This document shows positions 57,693 through 64,000 of a stretch of DNA of 64,000 nucleotides, one piece after another. The notes under the pieces are model-generated. The model searched no databases. It was given only the letters and a program-made list of their open reading frames with translations, and had not been told where the DNA came from. The DNA is from Octopus vulgaris (lineage: Eukaryota). Location: assembly GCA_951406725.2 (NCBI GenBank), contig OX597823.1:109368001-109432000 (forward strand), given 5' to 3'. The position numbers were made by a program, and so were the translations under genes. Positions within the stretch are counted from its first letter, which is position 1. Each line of letters starts with the position of its first letter.

Positions 57693-58753
57693 GATACATG
57701 TGTTTATATCTATGTATGACTATGAGTATATTATATACATACACATTAGGTGTAACCAACTAGGGAAAGTGTATATATGTGTGCGTATGTATACAGTTAT
57801 GTAGATACGTGTCTCTTAATCTATTGTTAGATATTTTTTCGAATATGTTGTGTTATTCAGCGACACATTAGATAAGTTTAAAGGGCGAAAATTTTAAAAT
57901 TCAACACATATCCGTTCAAATCTTTTGTACTAAGTTAACAGTCCTATGAAAATTTTACCTTTGATATATGAAAAAGCAAGTGCATTACAATTATCTGCTC
58001 AGTTCACCTAGTTTTTATATGAAATCGTTCAAAAATATTACGAGAAAGCAAAAACTGCATTGCACTTCGAAGCTAGCATCATACAATTACTTCTGTATCA
58101 ATTATTTGACCTCTTACTAGAGAAGTTAGACGGGCGCGCTGAGCTTATAAACAGAAGCACTGACCCCTCGCTAAAAGAGTAATTTCACTTCTATTTCATG
58201 TATTGTTTTTGGTTTTACTCTGACTTGTTTAAATCTATTCTATGAGTGTGGAAATAGCGTAGCATTTATTATTAAATGATAATCGAGTACCTTGTAGTAT
58301 TATGCCTCAGATTTGATTAGACGAAAGGCCATTATGTTGAGTATATATTAGCATTTTTGCACGAGCATATATGTCAATTACATACACGCACATATAGCCA
58401 TCTACATACGTACATACATACATATATACATACTAACATACATATATATATATGAAGGGGATTTTTCCTTGTGTAGTTGTCTTGTAGTTGTTAAAAAAAT
58501 GGTCCGTTCCATGCTGTTTTTACGTTTTCGTTTCTCGTTGAGTTCTACGTCTATTTTTGGTGTCCTGTACACACGTATATATATTTATATATGCATGTAT
58601 ATATACATGTAGATGTAGGTACGTACATATATGTTAGTATGTATGCATATATTTTATTTATTACACTATTGTATGACTTAGCGCCTTCGCGTCGATTCGA
58701 TTCGATTCGTTTTGTTTCGTTTCGTTTCTTCTTCTCTAAGCTGGTTTATATAT

Positions 58754-58807
<54 letters not shown>

Positions 58808-58999
58808 TTATGTATATATATGTATATGTATATGTACATAGGGGAAGATGCATATATGCAAATACACAAGTATTTAAAATATAAATGTTTATATATGTAT
58901 ATATATATATATACACATATACACACGTTTATATGTATACATAAATATAGATATACATATATATGTGCGTGTATGTGTGTGCGCACGCGTGTGTGTATT

Positions 59000-59139
59000 T
59001 AGGTGATAACAAAAGATTCCTGGACTAGTTATGCTTAATAAAAATATAACTTCTCCACATAAGTTTTGACATCATTTCTTTAAAAATAGTAATCTTGTGC
59101 AGAAATACTCTAGTCAAACCGTTCGTGTCCCTTTTGGAA
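59000..59139 (-). mobile_element. Mariner transposon 3' end relic
   Basis: Minus translation FQKGHERFD*SISAQDYYF resembles the mariner C-terminus FQKWxxRWxKCIxxxGxYF, followed by a degraded TIR-like end. Confidence 0.55.
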
Positions 59140-59140
59140 T

Positions 59141-59685
59141 CATGTCTGCAGATGTCTGACTAGCAAGGTGAAGAGGCTGACCTCCCCTGTTCGAAGGTTT
59201 GTAATGGACGCAGGTTCGTGTGTCAAATAGCTACCTAGAGGCGATGGCCTCTTGGAGCTAATCAGCGACAGTTTAGTCTTATATTTATAGATTACCATAT
59301 TAGTATGGCGATACCTATTAATATCCAGTAACGCTGCCGTAATATCCTTTAGAGAGACTTAGTAATTTTAACATTTCTATTATTGAAAAAAGTGGATGTA
59401 TTCCACGTTAACTAGGTAAATAAAATCTTCGAACAGACGGTCAGTAGCGACACCTGCGGGTCTGACTACGCTGCATTGATAAAGGGCAACAACCCTGAAA
59501 CATGTCTGCAGATGTCTGACTAGCAAGGTGAAGCGGCTGACCTCCCCTGTTCGAAGGTTTGTAATGGAGGCAGGTTCGTGTGACAAATAGCTAGCTAGAG
59601 GCGATGGCCTCTTGGAGCTAATCAGCGTCAGCTTTAGTCTTATATTTATAGACTGCCATATTAGTATGGCGATAACTATTAATAT
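59141..59685 (+). mobile_element. Candidate non-LTR retrozyme: 1.5 tandem copies of a 360-bp structured monomer with a hammerhead
   Basis: 59141-59324 is repeated at 59501-59685 (period exactly 360). HHR lies at the monomer junction; extensive self-complementarity; no ORF; ends in (TA)n. Confidence 0.75.
59471..59511 (+). ncRNA. Type I hammerhead ribozyme, intact, U3-A8 covariant core
   Basis: CUGCA-UUGAUAA-AGGG-CAACAA-CCCU-GAAA-CAUG-UC^UGCAG: perfect stems I and II, palindromic ACAUGU stem III, GUC cleavage triplet (cut after 59506). Confidence 0.85.
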
Positions 59686-59686
59686 G

Positions 59687-59824
<138 letters not shown>

Positions 59825-60546
59825 TATACAATTTTATGTAGAGATTGTTAACTTTAACAATGGGTAGAAACAGGCTAGAATTAAAGTACTCTAATTGAGC
59901 TAAGTTCTAATGCCAACGTATTTTTAAATATTTAAAAATATTTTTAGATACTTGCGTATTTTTAAATATTGAATATTTATATGTTTATATACTTGTATAT
60001 TTTAATACTGTATTATCTGGAACTTTATATTGATTGATTAATGTCCAATGAAAGTACACACATATATATTGAGTATTCTATTGGATATTAGGTCATGTTC
60101 TCTCTAGTTTTTCGCTGGTATTGCCTCCTTTGAAATTATATATGGAGACAGAGAGAAAAACAGACAAACAGACATAAAGAGAGATGAATCAAATTAATAA
60201 GCGGCTAATAACCAAAACATTTTAGAAGCTGTTAACTCACGTTCCTGCACGGCCTAGTTATGAAACAATAAAATTTATCCCTGCAAGAACGATTCTGGTG
60301 GCAGCCAGTAATCGTTTGCATCCTGAGAAAGGGAAAATGTTTGGAAAAAGTTTTCACATTATATATCAGGTGATAAGAGTATTCTTTTGTGTCCACTCAT
60401 TTCTGTAGGCCGATCTCCAGAAGGAAATTTTGTCATCAGTAAGATTAAAACATAGATAGACAGAGAGACAGACAGGCAGACAGAGGGCAAGAGAGACAGA
60501 CAATAGGATAGACAGACAGATCGACAGACAGACAGACAGATAGATA

Positions 60547-60599
<53 letters not shown>

Positions 60600-60878
60600 G
60601 AGATAGACAGATAGACAGATATATAGAATGATAGATAGATAGACAGATAGATAGATATATAGATAGATAGGTAGATATATATATAGATAGATAGATAGGT
60701 AGATAGATATATAGATAGATAGATAGGTAGATAGATAGATAGATAGATAGATAGGTAGGTAGATAGATAGATATATAGATAGATAGAAAAGTCAATGGAC
60801 AAATATTCCTTTGTGTACTTCACATAACATTCTTTACGTTTTCTATTGCTGAATACCATCAAGCACATTGATATATTG

Positions 60879-60933
<55 letters not shown>

Positions 60934-61503
60934 AGTATGTGGGGTGCAAGGAGCGCGCATGTATGTGCGCGCGCGCGTGTATATGTCTGCTGAGAGAAAG
61001 ACAGGGCAACAATGAACACGAGTCATGCATAGAAAAAATCTTGATAATATATGCAGACGCATATATAAAGTCACAGCAATATACACATGCATACATATAT
61101 ACATACGTACACACATGTATGTATGTATGTACACACTACCATACACATAAGCACACATGCAAACACACATCGCCTCAGCATTATTTGAATAAAAGTAATG
61201 TCCACCCAATATTTCGTAGGAAACGAAAAAAAAAGGAATAAATATAAAAACAAATTATCAAATTTAGAAAAAAAAAAAATAAATGATAGTAAAAAATGTC
61301 GTTGGGCAGGAAAAAATGTCTCAAATTGCAAGATGGCACCAGATAGCTGACTGTGTGTCCATAACTGCTGTCCACCATAGACTGGCCCACCATCCCTCCA
61401 TTCCTTCCAAATAACATCCCCACCCGTGTCACTCATTGTCTAGATAAGCACCACCTTTCCAACAATACATATATATATATATATATGTGTGTATATATAT
61501 GTA

Positions 61504-61561
<58 letters not shown>

Positions 61562-61878
61562 CACCCCAGATAATGTATCCATCGACTGCCTAGTAACATC
61601 TCCAGACGAATAATTAGGTCAGATACGATCTAATGTTTAAGTACCTCTCTCCTGCCCTCTCAGCATCACCTTCCCACAGTTTCACCATGTCAGACGAATG
61701 AAATCAGCACGGACAATATCGGGGTGTAGGGGGGTTGGGAAGGTTGGTGATGTACTGGTTGGGGTAGTAGTGGTGTTGGTGGCGGTGGTGGTGGTGGATT
61801 TATGAATTCTGTCCAGTGTTCTCCTGTCATAATGCACACATATCTACCAATAAATAAGCGTGCATACATACACATATG

Positions 61879-61909
<31 letters not shown>

Positions 61910-62036
61910 ATGTTCGTGTACATAAATATGAAATGTATATACATATCTGTGTGTATATGTGTCTGTGTGTAAATATATGTTTGAGTGTGCATATGTTTGT
62001 ATATGTGTATATAAACATATCCACACATATATATAA

Positions 62037-62079
<43 letters not shown>

Positions 62080-62508
62080 TATATACCAACGTACAAAATA
62101 TGTGTATATATTTATATACACATGTATGAACATATGTATGCGTATATAATTATACATGCGTAAACATGCGAATATGTGTTTCTGCAAATGTGACACAAAC
62201 GCGTACATAAATATTTACACACATACGCAAATACAAACATAGGCATTTAAAATTTAAACAACTAGACACACATGAATGTGCTCACGGTGTACGTGTATTT
62301 CAGAACTACTGTTTACACCAAAACATCACTGATAACGCCATTAATGCTTCCACAGTCACTAACACCAACACCATCATCAACACCACAACAACAACTACGA
62401 ATACTGCTGTTCCCCACCTCGTCATCCTACTACTAATACTACTACTACAAAATGCTAAGAATATTTTTAATAACTTTGTTACAAATAGTACAAACATCCA
62501 CTACAAAT

Positions 62509-62652
62509 ATTGTTTTCGAATATTGGCACAAGTCCAGCAATTTCGGGGATCTGGGTTCCGTCGATCCCAATTCCCAGACGATCCCGAAAGGATGAAAAGT
62601 AAAGTCGACCTCGGCGGAATTTGAACTCATAACATAAAGAGATGAAATGCTG
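62509..62652 (-). mobile_element. SINE family A fragment
   Basis: CCGAAAGGATGAAAAGTAAAGTCGACCTCGGCGGAATTTGAACTCA. Confidence 0.8.
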
Positions 62653-62775
62653 CTCTGCATTTGTGATGGAGGTTACTTTCCAGCACAAGCTATTGCTTGT
62701 AAAAGAGTTAAACTAACTCAAAAGTCACACAGAACTATACTTAATGACTGACAAAGGGCGGTAAGTCTCCGGTGT

Positions 62776-62831
62776 ATCGGAACGAGCGATTTCGGATTTT
62801 GATGTACAGTAACTAAATCTTCTTCAGCGAC
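62776..62831 (-). ncRNA. Type I hammerhead motif (left arm of inverted pair)
   Basis: Minus strand GUCG-CUGAAGA-AGAUUU-N15-AAAUCC-GAAA-UCGCUCGU-UC^CGAU: core intact, A.C mismatch at the base of stem II. Confidence 0.7.
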
Positions 62832-62978
62832 TCTTAACGCCTAGGATTGAACTGAACTACTTATGTCTGTCTTATAATAATGTTTACACTTTTACTACTT
62901 AGAAAATCAGCACAGGTCTTTCAACGGTTTTACTTATTAGACTGGCAGAGTTAGTTGAGTTTAACCCTAAGCGTTAAG

Positions 62979-63036
62979 AGTCGCTGACGAGGATTAAGAT
63001 ACTATGCATAAAGATCTGAGATCGTTCGATCAGGCT
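62979..63036 (+). ncRNA. Degenerate type I hammerhead motif (right arm of inverted pair)
   Basis: AGUCG-CUGACGA-GGAUUA-N15-AGAUCU-GAGA-UCGUUCGA-UC^AGGCU; GAAA is mutated to GAGA. Confidence 0.6.
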
Positions 63037-63216
63037 ATGTACGCTGGGAACTTAGATCCCTTCCTCAGTTATTAAGTACAGTGCTTTGTGGATTTTGAGA
63101 TATGTAACTCTTGTCTCTAGTAATGACCGGTGTTGGAAAGTACCCTCTGTCGATTTTGTGACCTCAATTAGTTTTGCCTTTAGGTTCAATTTGCAAAAAA
63201 ACAACCATTTAATTTG

Positions 63217-63249
<33 letters not shown>

Positions 63250-63254
63250 CACAC

Positions 63255-63365
<111 letters not shown>

Positions 63366-63382
63366 TACACACACAAATATAT

Positions 63383-63560
63383 AATGCTCGTAGCTTAGTT
63401 TTTCCTTGGGGCTGGCCGGATCGGAGCGATCTCAAGATTAATCAGCCGAAATTGCGAGGATGATCCGATTCTTAACTGAAGATTAGAGGCTTCGAATGAC
63501 CCGTCCGTTTTTTGTGTCGTCTATTTGAATGTTTTGCGTTCTTGTCCCATTTTGTATTTA
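63383..63560. mobile_element. Short unclassified element embedded in (TA)n; terminal piece also at 53882-53910 on the opposite strand
   Basis: TTTGCGTTCTTGTCCCATTTTGTATTT matches the reverse complement of AAATACAAAATGGGACAAGACCGCAAA; both adjoin TA arrays. Confidence 0.5.
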
Positions 63561-63574
63561 TATATATATCTTTT

Positions 63575-63635
<61 letters not shown>

Positions 63636-64000
63636 CATACGATAATATATGCACACATACATATATATTTACGAACAAACTATATTTGAAGAAGACTTCA
63701 TGGTAAAACTCCGGACATGTTCCAACCACCGTTATTAATAGTTGATAAAATAAAATTCGCCATCGAAACCGGTAACATTTTATATTTTCTATAAATATAA
63801 AACATTTTTTTATTATTTTATTGATTTCTTTCGGAATTAGAATGTCTTAAATTTACTTCAGTATTATTTCCGCCCCCATCTTTTCTAAATAAAAAAGTTT
63901 GATATGCATAGATCTCTTATCTTTTTTCATCTATGTACGTATATACATATGTATATAAACACACACGCACACACACACACACACATATATGTATGTACGG

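Noticed and set aside
63400-63462. GGCUGG..UCAGCC-GAAA stem resembling HHR stem II
   Set aside because: No CUGANGA box or proper UH cleavage site.

Overview
Eukaryotic, AT-rich, repeat-saturated genomic DNA that reads as intergenic or large-intron sequence. The SINE families and microsatellite load resemble Octopus (coleoid cephalopod); this is my inference, not a database result. No host protein-coding exon could be supported, and nearly all ORF-track entries are translations of (TA)n, (CA)n, (TATG)n, (GATA)n, (AAT)n or (GAT)n. Identifiable content: R4/Dong-like RLE non-LTR retrotransposon relics, one flanked by (TAA)n; three tRNA-headed SINE families; two non-autonomous Helitrons; a TIR MITE; mariner and CR1/L2-like fragments; and a near-perfect CTCF motif. 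The most notable signal is a set of type I hammerhead ribozyme (HHR) motifs from several unrelated short elements. (i) An intact HHR at 59471-59511 with a covariant U3-A8 core lies in a 360-bp tandem monomer whose ends pair into a long rod, consistent with a non-LTR retrozyme or circRNA template. (ii) An inverted pair of HHR-bearing elements lies at 62762-63053. (iii) Several minimal Penelope-type HHR cassettes sit in or beside microsatellites. All structures were folded by eye.
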